DNA from: an uncultured Actinomycetota bacterium | GTDB lineage: Bacteria > Actinomycetota > Actinomycetes > S36-B12 > UBA5976 | Assembly: GCA_963784905.1 (NCBI GenBank) | Contig: CAWATP010000013.1 | Location: 65,836 to 129,835 of the forward strand | Reading direction: 5' to 3' | DNA length: 64,000 nt | Shown: positions 29,754 to 39,203 of the stretch, one piece after another | Numbering within the stretch: position 1 is the first letter of the stretch | How the letters are laid out: each line of letters opens with the position of its first letter | The notes under the pieces: generated by a model | What the model was told of the DNA's origin: nothing | Seen by the model: only the letters and a program-made list of their open reading frames with translations | Database searches by the model: none | Made by a program: the position numbers and the translations under genes

Positions 29754-30764
29754 TCAGCGATCAAGCAGCGGGCGCGTCGGATCCCATGTGGTTCCGGCGC
29801 GCTCGTCTTGTCTGCGACGCGCGATTCCCGAAAGCACTTCGAGGCAGACCCGATTCGCGAGCATGACCGTGATATCTGCGTGGTCGTAGGCGGGAGCCAC
29901 TTCGACAACATCAACGCCCACCAGCGGAACCTCGTAGGCGATACGACGGACCGCGTCGAGTAACTGCCGCGAGGTGAGCCCGCCCGGTTCTGGCGTACCT
30001 GTTCCCGGGGCATGCCCAGGATCGACAACATCAACATCAACCGACAAGAAGATGCCATCGCAGTCATCCATCGCGATCGCCAGGGCCTCGGTTAGGCACT
30101 CATCAAACCCTCGCGCCGTGATCTCCGTCATCTCGTAGGAACGCATCTGCTGGCCGGCCATCCAGTCGAGCGTCTCAGGCTCTGGCCAGTACCCGCGCAG
30201 ACCGATCTGCAAGAAGCGATCACCACGAACTGCCCCGGACTCGATCAGTTGCCGCATGGGATGCCCATGCCCAATAAGCGAGCCAAACGTGATGAGCCCA
30301 GTGTCGGCATGTGCATCGAAATGGATGAGGCCGATGCGACCCCAACCGTGTGCGCGGGCAACCCCTGTGGCATCGGGCCAGGTAACCGTGTGGTCACCAC
30401 CGAGCACGAGCGGGATCGCACCGGAGCGTGCAATGCGCTCAATCACCTGCTCTAGATCAGCACATGATTTGGCCGCGTCGCCCGAGTACATCTCGACATC
30501 ACCACCGTCGACGATGCTGAGATCCCGAAGGCCATCAACACGCATGGCGAGCGAGGGTCGCGAGCCATCATGTGGCAGGTAGTCCGTGCCGCGAATGGCG
30601 CTCGGACCCATGCGTGCCCCCGAGCGATACGAAGTGCCGCCATCGAAAGGCGCCCCCACGATGACCACGTCGGCATGCTCGAAGGTCGACACATCTTCGA
30701 AATCACATGCGTCAACGCCAAGGAACGTAATGTCGGGTCCAAACATGGCGCCGTAGCGGGCCAT
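29754..30764 (-). CDS. agmatinase / ureohydrolase (arginase-fold) family protein
   Basis: Mn-binding motifs ..GLIHFDAHADT.., ..LGGDHTV.. and ..SVDVDVVDPGHAPGTGTPEPGG.. The start ATG at 30764 is just after the upstream permease stop. Substrate (agmatine versus guanidinobutyrate) cannot be resolved from sequence alone. Confidence 0.85.
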   Translation of the reverse strand: MARYGAMFGPDITFLGVDACDFEDVSTFEHADVVIVGAPFDGGTSYRSGARMGPSAIRGTDYLPHDGSRPSLAMRVDGLRDLSIVDGGDVEMYSGDAAKSCADLEQVIERIARSGAIPLVLGGDHTVTWPDATGVARAHGWGRIGLIHFDAHADTGLITFGSLIGHGHPMRQLIESGAVRGDRFLQIGLRGYWPEPETLDWMAGQQMRSYEMTEITARGFDECLTEALAIAMDDCDGIFLSVDVDVVDPGHAPGTGTPEPGGLTSRQLLDAVRRIAYEVPLVGVDVVEVAPAYDHADITVMLANRVCLEVLSGIARRRQDERAGTTWDPTRPLLDR

Positions 30765-30768
30765 GGTG

Positions 30769-31605
30769 TCAGACCTTCCGACGAGCGCGACCGACGAGCT
30801 GGGCAACCAGCACGATCGACAATGAACCGAAGAACATCAACGAGCCGATGACGTTCACCTGCGGCGGAATACCACGTTGTGCAGCACCCCAGACGTACAT
30901 CGGGAACGTCACCACAGTGCCGCTGTTGAAGTTGGTGATGATGTAGTCATCGAACGACAGCGAGAAGGAGAGCAGCGCCGCTGCGGCGATGCCTGGCGCG
31001 ACCAAGGGGAACGTGACGTAACGGAAGGTTTCGCGCTCGTCGGCGTAAAGATCCTGTGCGGCCTCTTCCAAACGCGGATCCATACCCTGCAGCCGCGATT
31101 TGACCGTCACCACGACAAACGAAATACAGAACATGATGTGCGCGATTGCAATCGTCGTAAAGCCCAATGGCAGTCCCATGTTGAGGAACAGCGCCAGCAA
31201 CGAAGCACCAAGCACCACCTCCGGAGTCGCCATGGGCAAGAAGATCAGCAGGTTCGTACTCGAGCGACCCGTGAAGCGATGCCGGACAAGGGCGAATGAG
31301 ATCAAGGTGCCGAGGATGGTGGCCACCGTTGTGGACACCAACGCAATGCGCAACGAGGTGTAGAGCGCATTCATAATCGTGGGATCACGGTTGATGTGGA
31401 GCCATGCATCGAACGAGAACTGGTTCCAAGTGCTGTTCTGTCGACCGATGGGCTTGTTGAAGGAGAACGCGAACAACACGGAAATCGGCGTAAAGAGATA
31501 GACCAAAGCTAGCAAGCCGTAAGCCGCAATCAGGTGCTGGCGCACCCAACGCGAGAAGCGGTGCCAAGTGCTGGGACGGTAGCGAGGTGTTGTGGATGCA
31601 GCCAT
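30769..31605 (-). CDS. ABC transporter permease (PotC-like, polyamine type)
   Basis: Six-TM permease. The ATG overlaps the upstream permease stop (ATGA). Part of a four-gene SBP-ATPase-permease-permease operon. Confidence 0.85.
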   Translation of the reverse strand: MAASTTPRYRPSTWHRFSRWVRQHLIAAYGLLALVYLFTPISVLFAFSFNKPIGRQNSTWNQFSFDAWLHINRDPTIMNALYTSLRIALVSTTVATILGTLISFALVRHRFTGRSSTNLLIFLPMATPEVVLGASLLALFLNMGLPLGFTTIAIAHIMFCISFVVVTVKSRLQGMDPRLEEAAQDLYADERETFRYVTFPLVAPGIAAAALLSFSLSFDDYIITNFNSGTVVTFPMYVWGAAQRGIPPQVNVIGSLMFFGSLSIVLVAQLVGRARRKV

Positions 31606-32504
31606 CAGAGCAGCTCCTCCGTGCCGGCGCGACGAACGTAGACACTGACCACCACAAGGATGGTGAGCAACAGCACGAAGGACATCGACGCAGCAGTCGG
31701 GTAATCACGGATCCGAATGAACTGCGAGTCGATGACGTTACCGATCATCTTGTCCTGCGGTCCTCCCAGCAACTGCGCATTGATGTAGTCGCCAGCTGCT
31801 GGGATGAAGGTGAGCAACGTCCCGGCGACCACACCCGGCATCGACAGCGGCACTGTGACCTTGCGAAAGCCGGTGAAGGGCTTGGCATACAAGTCGCCCG
31901 CGGCTTCGATGAGGCGCGGGTCAATCTTGTCGAGCGAGGCGTACAGCGGCAAGGTCATGAACGGCAAGAAGTTGTAGGTGATGCCGGCCACGACGGCTAT
32001 CGGTGTGGCCATAATCCGGTGGTCGGGGAGCAGGCCCAGGTGATTGATCAACTGCGTGATGAATGCATCGTCGGCGAGGATCGTGCGCCATGCGTATGTA
32101 CGAATCAGGAATGAGGCGAAGAATGGTGCCACCACCAGCACCAGGAGGAAGTTCTTGAATTTTCCTGAGCGAAAGGCGATGAAGTACGCGAGTGGGTAGG
32201 CAATCAGTAAGGCAAAAGCCGTTGCCAAGCCTGCATATTGGAATGAACGCAAGTACTGCGGAAGATAGGTCTTGAGAGCCGTGCCGTAGTTGTCGATATT
32301 GAATGCTGGTGTGAATCCGGCGTCCGGATTGCCCGGCTGATTCGGCAGCATCAACGAGGTCTGCGCCAAAGAGAACAGCGGAATCAGAAAGAAGACTGTC
32401 AGCCAAGCCAAGCCTGGGAGCAACAACCAGTACGGCGTCATGCGACGACCGCGCGCTCGCTGGTGCTCGAACTTCACCCCAGCACTGGGGAGGACGGCGA
32501 CCAT
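31605..32504 (-). CDS. ABC transporter permease (PotB-like)
   Basis: Membrane protein ..MTPYWLLLPGLAWLTVFFLIPLF.. The start is set at the ATG at 32504, adjacent to the ATPase stop (32506-32508). Confidence 0.85.
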   Translation of the reverse strand: MVAVLPSAGVKFEHQRARGRRMTPYWLLLPGLAWLTVFFLIPLFSLAQTSLMLPNQPGNPDAGFTPAFNIDNYGTALKTYLPQYLRSFQYAGLATAFALLIAYPLAYFIAFRSGKFKNFLLVLVVAPFFASFLIRTYAWRTILADDAFITQLINHLGLLPDHRIMATPIAVVAGITYNFLPFMTLPLYASLDKIDPRLIEAAGDLYAKPFTGFRKVTVPLSMPGVVAGTLLTFIPAAGDYINAQLLGGPQDKMIGNVIDSQFIRIRDYPTAASMSFVLLLTILVVVSVYVRRAGTEELL

Positions 32505-32505
32505 G

Positions 32506-33675
32506 TCACTCGTCCTCAGCGTCGATGGCTTCGAGTGCTGCCGCCTCGGCCGCAAGCTCGTTGCCTGCGTCGAGGTCGTCGTCGCCATCGAGACCGAAGG
32601 TGAACGCGTACTCCCAGACCAACTCAACATTGTCGCCGGCCACAATCTCCGGCGCACCCTCGTCGTTAAGTTCGAAGCATGTCACTGGGCGATCGGGATC
32701 CCACGGCGTTTCCACCGTGTACGAAGTCGCAACGCCGGTGAAGGAAACATCGAGCACGGTGCCACGCACGCGATTGACGTTGTGCTCTTCCTTGTAGGCA
32801 ATGCGCAGCTTCTCCGGTCGCACACCAACGATGAGGCTGCCGGTTTCGTCGGCCGCACGGTTTACCGGGACCCGCACTTCTCCGCCGGGCACTCGAACCA
32901 AGAGGTGCTCGCCATCGCGTCCGGTGATCTGGCCGTGCACGAGGTTGGCTTGGCCCAGGAAGTTGGCCACGAACGCCGTCTTGGGCAAGTCGTAGATGTC
33001 CATTGGCGCGCCGAGTTGTTCGATCACACCGGCATTCATAACCGCGACGGTGTCGGCCATAGTCATGGCCTCTTCTTGGTCGTGCGTGACGTGAATGAAG
33101 GTTGTGCCTACCTCCGACTGGATGCGCTTGAGTTCGATCTGCATCTGCCGACGCAACTTGAGGTCCAAGGCGCCCAAAGGCTCATCGAGCAGCAAGACAT
33201 CTGGACGGTTGACAAGCGCGCGGGCCACGGCGACACGTTGCTGCTGGCCGCCAGAAAGCTGCACCGGCTTGCGTCTTGCAAGGGGAGAAAGCTCAACCAG
33301 CTCCAGTACCGCTGTCACGCGAGTATCGACGTCAGTGCCCTTGATGCCCTGACGGCGCAGTCCGAAGGCCACGTTTTCGTATATATCCAGGTGCGGAAAG
33401 AGCGCATAGGACTGGAAGACGGTGTTGATTGAGCGCTGATACGGGCGACTCGTCGTGATGTCGCGGTCCCCTAACAGGATCTGTCCTTCAGTGGGCGTTT
33501 CAAGGCCCGCCACCATGCGCAGCGTCGTCGTCTTGCCGCAGCCGGAAGGGCCGAGAAGCGCGAAGAAGCTGCCGCCTGGAATGGTCAGCGAGAGGTCGTC
33601 GACTGCCGTAAAGGCACCGAAACTCTTGGTGACGTGAACGATGTGGAGATCTTCGATACGACCCGTGTCAGACAC
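32506..33675 (-). CDS. ABC transporter ATP-binding protein (PotA-like, with a C-terminal TOBE-type regulatory domain)
   Basis: Walker A GPSGCGKTT, signature LSGGQQQRVAVARAL and Walker B LLLDEPLGALD. GTG start. Confidence 0.9.
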   Translation of the reverse strand: MSDTGRIEDLHIVHVTKSFGAFTAVDDLSLTIPGGSFFALLGPSGCGKTTTLRMVAGLETPTEGQILLGDRDITTSRPYQRSINTVFQSYALFPHLDIYENVAFGLRRQGIKGTDVDTRVTAVLELVELSPLARRKPVQLSGGQQQRVAVARALVNRPDVLLLDEPLGALDLKLRRQMQIELKRIQSEVGTTFIHVTHDQEEAMTMADTVAVMNAGVIEQLGAPMDIYDLPKTAFVANFLGQANLVHGQITGRDGEHLLVRVPGGEVRVPVNRAADETGSLIVGVRPEKLRIAYKEEHNVNRVRGTVLDVSFTGVATSYTVETPWDPDRPVTCFELNDEGAPEIVAGDNVELVWEYAFTFGLDGDDDLDAGNELAAEAAALEAIDAEDE

Positions 33676-33693
33676 CGTGCCTACCCTTCACTG

Positions 33694-33728
33694 CAGAAAA
33701 GCGCCACGGCGCCAAACGACGCCGTGGC
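33694..33728 (-). terminator. intra-operon hairpin plus short T-tract after the substrate-binding-protein gene (attenuator/partial terminator candidate)
   Basis: On the minus strand, gccacggcg-N8-cgccgtggc is followed by GCTTTTCTG, lying between the SBP stop (33737) and the ATPase start (33675). Confidence 0.45.
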
Positions 33729-33736
33729 TTTGCCGG

Positions 33737-34942
33737 TCAGGCGCCCGAGAGCACCGCGAACTTGGATTCAAATGAGGACTGCTGTGTGTCATTGAGTGGC
33801 ATGAAGACCTGAACGCGCGACAACGTGGCCTGATCCGGGAAGATCGCTGGATTATTGGCCTGAGCAGGATCCACCTTCGCCATCGCTTCCTGCGCTCCTG
33901 CGACAGGCGTGATGTAGTTGACGTACGCCGCCACCGTGGCCGCGATATCCGGCTGGTAGTAGAAGTTCATCCAAGCTTCGGCGTTCTTCTTATGCGCGGC
34001 CTGCACGGGAATCAGCATGTTGTCTGTCCACAGGGTGCCGCCGGATTCAGGAATATTGAAGCCGTAGGTAGTGGGGTCGTTCAACATGTCACCGGACCAT
34101 GCAATCGCGGCAATAACTTCGCCCGATGCCATAGCCGTCTTGTAGTCATTTCCCGTCACCTGTCGAATGGTGCCGTCATCCACTTTGCTCTGCAGCAGTG
34201 CAATAGCGTTGTCGAAATCGGCCTCGGTGAAGTTGTCCGAGCGCTTGCCCATGGCCATGAGCGTGACACCAACGGAATCGCGCATCTCCGAAAGGATGGT
34301 GACGCGACCCTTGAGCTTGGGATCCCAGAGATCGTCGAGCGACTTGATCTCTGTCTTGCCGGTCGCCTTCAGCAGCGCCTTCTTGTTCCATCCAAGCCCA
34401 GCAAAACCCGACTGCCAGGGCATGGTGAAAGCGCGCTGCGGATCGAACGAGACGCCCATCCATGTGGCACCAATATTCGAGTGGTTTGGAACGTTGGCCA
34501 AGTTGATGCGGTCGGCGTAGCCCTTACGAATCCAGAGATTGGCCATCCAGTCGGTCGGCGTGACGATGTCGCGGCCGATCGACTGTCCGCTCTCCAACTG
34601 CGCACGAACCTTCGCGTAGAACTCATTGTTGTCGTTGTAGTCCTCGGTGTAATTGACGTGGACTCCCGACTCCTTCTCGAAGCGATCGAGCGTAGGACGA
34701 TGCCCGGCCTCATCAATGTCGATGTAGTCGATCCACGTCGACCAGTTGAGGATCTTCTCCGTATCCGAGACGTCTTCGACAGTCGGAGCAGCAGAGGGGG
34801 ACTTGCTCGGTCCACCGATGCCACCTCCGCAGGCAGCAACCACGGCGCCAGCACCAGCGAGACCGCCGTACTGCAGGACGCGACGACGCGACATCATCTT
34901 GACAAGTTGTGCGATGCGCGGATCCTCCGGCATTGGCTTCAT
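33737..34942 (-). CDS. ABC transporter substrate-binding lipoprotein (PotD/PotF-like, polyamine)
   Basis: N-terminus ..MSRRRVLQYGGLAGAGAVVAACGGG (signal with a lipobox Cys) and a family-1 SBP body. GGAGGA precedes the ATG at 34942. Confidence 0.85.
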   Translation of the reverse strand: MKPMPEDPRIAQLVKMMSRRRVLQYGGLAGAGAVVAACGGGIGGPSKSPSAAPTVEDVSDTEKILNWSTWIDYIDIDEAGHRPTLDRFEKESGVHVNYTEDYNDNNEFYAKVRAQLESGQSIGRDIVTPTDWMANLWIRKGYADRINLANVPNHSNIGATWMGVSFDPQRAFTMPWQSGFAGLGWNKKALLKATGKTEIKSLDDLWDPKLKGRVTILSEMRDSVGVTLMAMGKRSDNFTEADFDNAIALLQSKVDDGTIRQVTGNDYKTAMASGEVIAAIAWSGDMLNDPTTYGFNIPESGGTLWTDNMLIPVQAAHKKNAEAWMNFYYQPDIAATVAAYVNYITPVAGAQEAMAKVDPAQANNPAIFPDQATLSRVQVFMPLNDTQQSSFESKFAVLSGA

Positions 34943-35054
34943 GTGCGTTCCTCCAGTTGGTGTCTTGGGCTCGGACGGTGGAAACCGTACTCCCGGATTG
35001 TGAACGGGTTGTGTCGAACCTGCCCTTTCGCAGCGCGGGGTCGACGGGCGGCAG

Positions 35055-36488
35055 TTATACGTCGATATTCGCCATCACGTGCTTGATTCTCGTGTAATCC
35101 TCAAGACCGTACATGCTGAGGTCCTTGCCGTAACCAGAGTGCTTGAATCCGCCATGTGGCATCTCAGCCACCACTGGAATATGCGTGTTAATCCACACCG
35201 TTCCAAAGTCAAGGTGCTTGGCCATTCGCATCGCAGTGCCGAAATCCTTGGACCACACCGATGACGCGAGTCCGTATTTCACGTCGTTGGCCATGGCGAT
35301 GGCCTCGGATTCGTCGGTGAACTTCTGCAGCGTGATAACCGGGCCGAAGATCTCGCTCTGGATCATCTCGTCATGCTGTAGCAAGTCGGCGATGACCGTG
35401 GGCTCGATGTAGTAACCCTCGCTCTCCTGCCGGTTACCGCCGGTAACGACGCGGGCATGATCCGGAGTGCGCTCGATGAATCCCAGCACCTTCGACAACT
35501 GGTCTAGGTTGTTGACGGGAGGCACAAAGCCGTCGCCAGCGCGCCCACCCGCAAGTGTGGTGCTGGTGGAAGCAGCCTGTTCGGCGATGGCTGCCACGAA
35601 GTCCTCATACACTCGAGCCTGCACGATGATGCGAGTGGCGGCAGTGCAGTCCTGCCCTGCGTTGAAGAATCCAGCGATGGCCAGCCATTCGGCTGCTGCG
35701 GCGATATCGGCATCATTGAAGACGACGATCGGCGCCTTGCCTCCCAGCTCGAGATGCACTCGCTTGAGATCGCGCGCGGCAGCACCGGCGACTTCCATGC
35801 CCGCACGCACGGAACCTGTGACGGACACCATGGATGCGGTCGGATGCTCCACCACCATCCGGCCCGTGTCGCGATCACCGGTGACAACGTTGAGCACACC
35901 CGCGGGCAACACATTCGAAAGCAGTTCGGCCATGCGAATCGTGGACATCGGCGTCGTGTCCGATGGCTTGAGCACCACAGTGTTGCCGGCAGCGATGGCG
36001 GGGATGAACTTCCAGCAGGCCATCACCATCGGATAATTCCAGGGCGTGACCTGGCCGATGACGCCGATGGGCTCGCGTCGAATCATCGACGTCATGCCCT
36101 TCATGTATTCGCCAGTCGAGCGCCCTTCGAGGATTCGTGCCGCACCCGCGAAAAAGCGAATCTGGTCAATCATGGGAGGAATCTCTTCAGCCATCGTGAC
36201 AGCGATCGGCTTTCCGGTGTTCTCAGACTCAATGTCTACGAGCTCATCGGCATGTGCCTCGAACACATCTGCGATTTCCAGCACCAGTTTTTGACGCTCA
36301 CCGGGTGTGGTGTCCCGCCAGCCCGCGAAGGCCGCAGCCGCGGCTGCATAGGCGCCATCGACATCGGCTTGACCGGAAACCGGCGCTGCCGCGTACACGG
36401 CACCTGTGGACGGGTTGCGAATGTCAGACGTAACTCCATTCGACGCATCAACTGACTCACCGCCGATGACATTGCGCAGGGTCCGCAC
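35055..36488 (-). CDS. aminobutyraldehyde-type aldehyde dehydrogenase (ALDH superfamily)
   Basis: ..NVIGGESVDASNG.., ..HLELGGKAP.. and ..FFNAGQDCTAATR.. (catalytic Cys). The start is set at the GTG at 36488 after GGAGGA. Context is the polyamine transporter and transaminases. Confidence 0.85.
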   Translation of the reverse strand: MRTLRNVIGGESVDASNGVTSDIRNPSTGAVYAAAPVSGQADVDGAYAAAAAAFAGWRDTTPGERQKLVLEIADVFEAHADELVDIESENTGKPIAVTMAEEIPPMIDQIRFFAGAARILEGRSTGEYMKGMTSMIRREPIGVIGQVTPWNYPMVMACWKFIPAIAAGNTVVLKPSDTTPMSTIRMAELLSNVLPAGVLNVVTGDRDTGRMVVEHPTASMVSVTGSVRAGMEVAGAAARDLKRVHLELGGKAPIVVFNDADIAAAAEWLAIAGFFNAGQDCTAATRIIVQARVYEDFVAAIAEQAASTSTTLAGGRAGDGFVPPVNNLDQLSKVLGFIERTPDHARVVTGGNRQESEGYYIEPTVIADLLQHDEMIQSEIFGPVITLQKFTDESEAIAMANDVKYGLASSVWSKDFGTAMRMAKHLDFGTVWINTHIPVVAEMPHGGFKHSGYGKDLSMYGLEDYTRIKHVMANIDV

Positions 36489-36560
36489 GTGTTCCTCCAA
36501 AAAAGTGCCTGAGGAGACTGTATGGCCGGGAATGCGGAATCGCTACCCCCGTACTGCTGA

Positions 36561-36605
36561 AGCGACGAAATCCTTCGCTGGAACGACGAGCGGCGACGAA
36601 ATCGC
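36561..36605. promoter_or_regulatory. two related dyads sharing the 11-mer GCGACGAAATC in the ALDH/asnC divergent region (candidate Lrp/AsnC operator)
   Basis: agcgacgaaatccttcgct (36561-36579) and gcgacgaaatcgc (36593-36605). The 11-mer copies start 31 bp apart. Confidence 0.35.
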
Positions 36606-36642
36606 TTGCCACTGCCCTGATTTCCCTGCGACACTGCCCAGC

Positions 36643-37113
36643 ATGGCTAAGACAGACTCCTCCGCTGTAGCACTCGATGACATCTCCAAGTCGATCATCG
36701 AGCAACTGCAAAAGGATGGTCGCGCCCCGTACGCGGCGATCGGCAAAGCGGTAGGTCTCTCTGAGGCTGCAGTGCGTCAACGCGTGCAACGCATGCTTGA
36801 CGCAGGGGTCGTGCAGGTGGTCGCGGTATCCAATCCGCTCCACCTCGGCTTCAACCGTGCAGCCATGATCGGCCTCAAGGTTGAAGGCAGCATGGAAACC
36901 GTCGCCGAGCAGATCGCAGCCATGCCGGAAATCGACTATGTCGTCGTTACCGCTGGCTCCTTCGATCTGCTCTGCGAGGTGGTATGTGAGAGCGACGAGC
37001 AACTGCTCGAAATCCTCCAGAACCAAATCCGTGCGATCCCGGGCGTGCGCTCATCCGAGACGTTCGTCTACTTGAAGCTGCTGAAGCAGACCTACCAATG
37101 GGGCACTCGATGA
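36643..37113 (+). CDS. Lrp/AsnC family transcriptional regulator
   Basis: LDDISKSIIEQLQKDGRAPYAAIGKAVGLSEAAVRQRVQRMLDAGVV is the HTH region, followed by a C-terminal RAM/AsnC_trans_reg domain. The start is the internal ATG at 36643. Confidence 0.88.
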   Translation: MAKTDSSAVALDDISKSIIEQLQKDGRAPYAAIGKAVGLSEAAVRQRVQRMLDAGVVQVVAVSNPLHLGFNRAAMIGLKVEGSMETVAEQIAAMPEIDYVVVTAGSFDLLCEVVCESDEQLLEILQNQIRAIPGVRSSETFVYLKLLKQTYQWGTR

Positions 37114-38516
37114 ACCCGAACGATCCGCAAGAGCATCAGATCAACGGCCAGGATTGGGCCGCATCTGCGCGCGACAACCTGTGGCTTTCCTTCACCCGTC
37201 ATGGCAACTTCTACGGACTCGGCAGTCGCGAGGTTCCGGTCATCACCCGCGCTGAGGGCCTCTACATCTTTGACGACAAAGGCAGCCGCTACATCGACGG
37301 TCTGTCTGGATTGTTCACGAGCAACATCGGTCACGGTCGCCAAGAGATGGCAGACACCGCCTACGAACAGGTCAAGCGTCTGGACTTCTTCCCGTTATGG
37401 GGGATCGCGCACGACAAAGCCTCCGAACTGGCAGAACGACTGGCGTCATATGCACCAGGAGATCTCAACCGCGTCTATTTCTCCACCACCGGATCCGAGG
37501 CCGTCGAATCAGCCTGGAAACTCGTCAAGCAGTACTACAAACTCACAGGCAAGCCTTTGAAGCACAAAGCGATCTCGAGATACATCTCGTACCACGGCAC
37601 CACTGCGGGAGCGCTTTCCATCACGGGCATTCCGGCGGCGAAGCAGTACTTCGAACCACTCGTGCCTTCCACCATTCGTGTACCCAACACCAACATTTAC
37701 CGCGCGCCTGAACACCTTCGCAACGACCCGGTCGCCTTCGGTAAGTACTGCGCCGACGAGATCGAGCAAGCCATCATCATGGAGGGCCCCGACACTGTCG
37801 CGGCGGTGTTCCTTGAGCCCGTGCAGAACTCAGGTGGCTGCTTCACTCCTCCCCCGGGCTATCTCGAGCGAGTGCGTGAGATCTGCAACGAGTACGACGT
37901 CGTCATGGTTGCGGATGAGACCATCACCGGCTTTGGTCGCATCGGTGACTGGTTCGCCATGAATCGTTTTGGCGTGGTTCCAGACATCATCACCTGTGCC
38001 AAGGGTCTGACTTCCGGATACGCACCACTCGGCGCCATGATCGTCTCGGACTACTTCTTTGAGCCCTTCAAGCACGGCACCAACGCCTTCATGCACGGCT
38101 TCACGTATGGCGGTCACCCACTCTCCGCTGCCATGGCCATGACCAACCTCGACATCATGGAACGAGAGGGCATTAACGAACACGTGCGCGCCAACGAGGA
38201 TGGCTTCCGCACGACCATGGAGAAACTGCTCAACATTCCCATGGTGGGCGATGTGCGCGGCGCGGGCTATTTCTTGGCCATCGAGTTGGTGAAGGACAAG
38301 ACCACTCGAGAGACCTTCTCTGCCGATGAGGGCGAGCGACTACTTCGAGGCTATGTCTCCGGCGCACTTTGGTACAACGGTCTGTATTGCCGAGCCGATG
38401 ATCGCGGCGACCCAGTCATCCAGTTGGCGCCGCCCTTGATCTCCACCCAAGAGACCTTTGACGAAATCGAACAGATCATCCGTTCTGTGCTGGAAAAGGC
38501 CCAGGACTTCCTATAA
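37110..38516 (+). CDS. class III PLP-dependent aminotransferase (omega-/putrescine-type transaminase)
   Basis: ..GLYIFDDKGSRYIDGLSGLFTSNIGHGR..VMVADETITGFGRIG..CAKGLTSGYAPLG.. The ATG at 37110 overlaps the asnC-like stop (ATGA). Confidence 0.85.
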   Translation: MNPNDPQEHQINGQDWAASARDNLWLSFTRHGNFYGLGSREVPVITRAEGLYIFDDKGSRYIDGLSGLFTSNIGHGRQEMADTAYEQVKRLDFFPLWGIAHDKASELAERLASYAPGDLNRVYFSTTGSEAVESAWKLVKQYYKLTGKPLKHKAISRYISYHGTTAGALSITGIPAAKQYFEPLVPSTIRVPNTNIYRAPEHLRNDPVAFGKYCADEIEQAIIMEGPDTVAAVFLEPVQNSGGCFTPPPGYLERVREICNEYDVVMVADETITGFGRIGDWFAMNRFGVVPDIITCAKGLTSGYAPLGAMIVSDYFFEPFKHGTNAFMHGFTYGGHPLSAAMAMTNLDIMEREGINEHVRANEDGFRTTMEKLLNIPMVGDVRGAGYFLAIELVKDKTTRETFSADEGERLLRGYVSGALWYNGLYCRADDRGDPVIQLAPPLISTQETFDEIEQIIRSVLEKAQDFL

Positions 38517-38550
38517 CCGACCCGCGAGGTCACGCCACCAAAGGAGCAGC

Positions 38551-39198
38551 ATGTCGGGCAAAACGGATCGCACGAGTTTCGGCCGTAAGGCTGAACGGGG
38601 CTCACACGAGTTGGACGAAGCCTTCGCCGTTATCGACGCTGCACGGTTAGGACATGTTGGCTTCAATGTTGACGGTCAACCGTATGTGATGCCGATGGCG
38701 TACGCCCGCGATGGCAATCGCATCGTGTTCCACGGCTCAACTGGGTCGCGCGCTATGCGAGTGCTGTCTGCTGGAGCCAGCTGCTGCTTCACTATCACGC
38801 ACCTGGATGGATTGGTGCTCGCTCGCAGCGCGTTCGAATCCTCGATGAACTATCGCTCAACCGCTGTGCTCGGTGTGTGTGAAGTCATCGAGGATGCAGA
38901 CGAGAAGTGGCGCGTGCTCGATGTCATCACTGACCATCTCTTCCCCGAGCGACGCGGTGCATTGCGTCCGATGAAGAAGAAGGAAGTGGCCGCCACAAGT
39001 GTGCTCGCACTGCCCATAACCGAGTTCTCCACCAAGTCGCGAATCGGCGGCCCAAAGGGTGAAGAGATCGACGATGTCCACTGGCCGGTGTGGGCGGGCA
39101 CGCTGCCGATGCACATGTCGTTCGGCGCGCCGGTTGACGCAGACGATCTCGATTCCGGACTCGCGGTTCCGCCACTGCTGCGCCTCTGGCAGGCCTGA
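38551..39198 (+). CDS. pyridoxamine 5'-phosphate oxidase-like (split-barrel flavin-binding) family protein
   Basis: ..LDEAFAVIDAARLGHVGFNVDGQPYVMPMAYARDGNRIVFHGSTGSRAM.. matches the Pyridox_ox_2-type pattern. The ATG at 38551 follows AAGGAG. Confidence 0.7.
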   Translation: MSGKTDRTSFGRKAERGSHELDEAFAVIDAARLGHVGFNVDGQPYVMPMAYARDGNRIVFHGSTGSRAMRVLSAGASCCFTITHLDGLVLARSAFESSMNYRSTAVLGVCEVIEDADEKWRVLDVITDHLFPERRGALRPMKKKEVAATSVLALPITEFSTKSRIGGPKGEEIDDVHWPVWAGTLPMHMSFGAPVDADDLDSGLAVPPLLRLWQA

Positions 39199-39203
39199 CC
39201 ATC

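Noticed and set aside
33992-35086. 364-aa plus-strand ORF
   Set aside because: It is antisense to the polyamine substrate-binding-protein gene. It is a shadow ORF.
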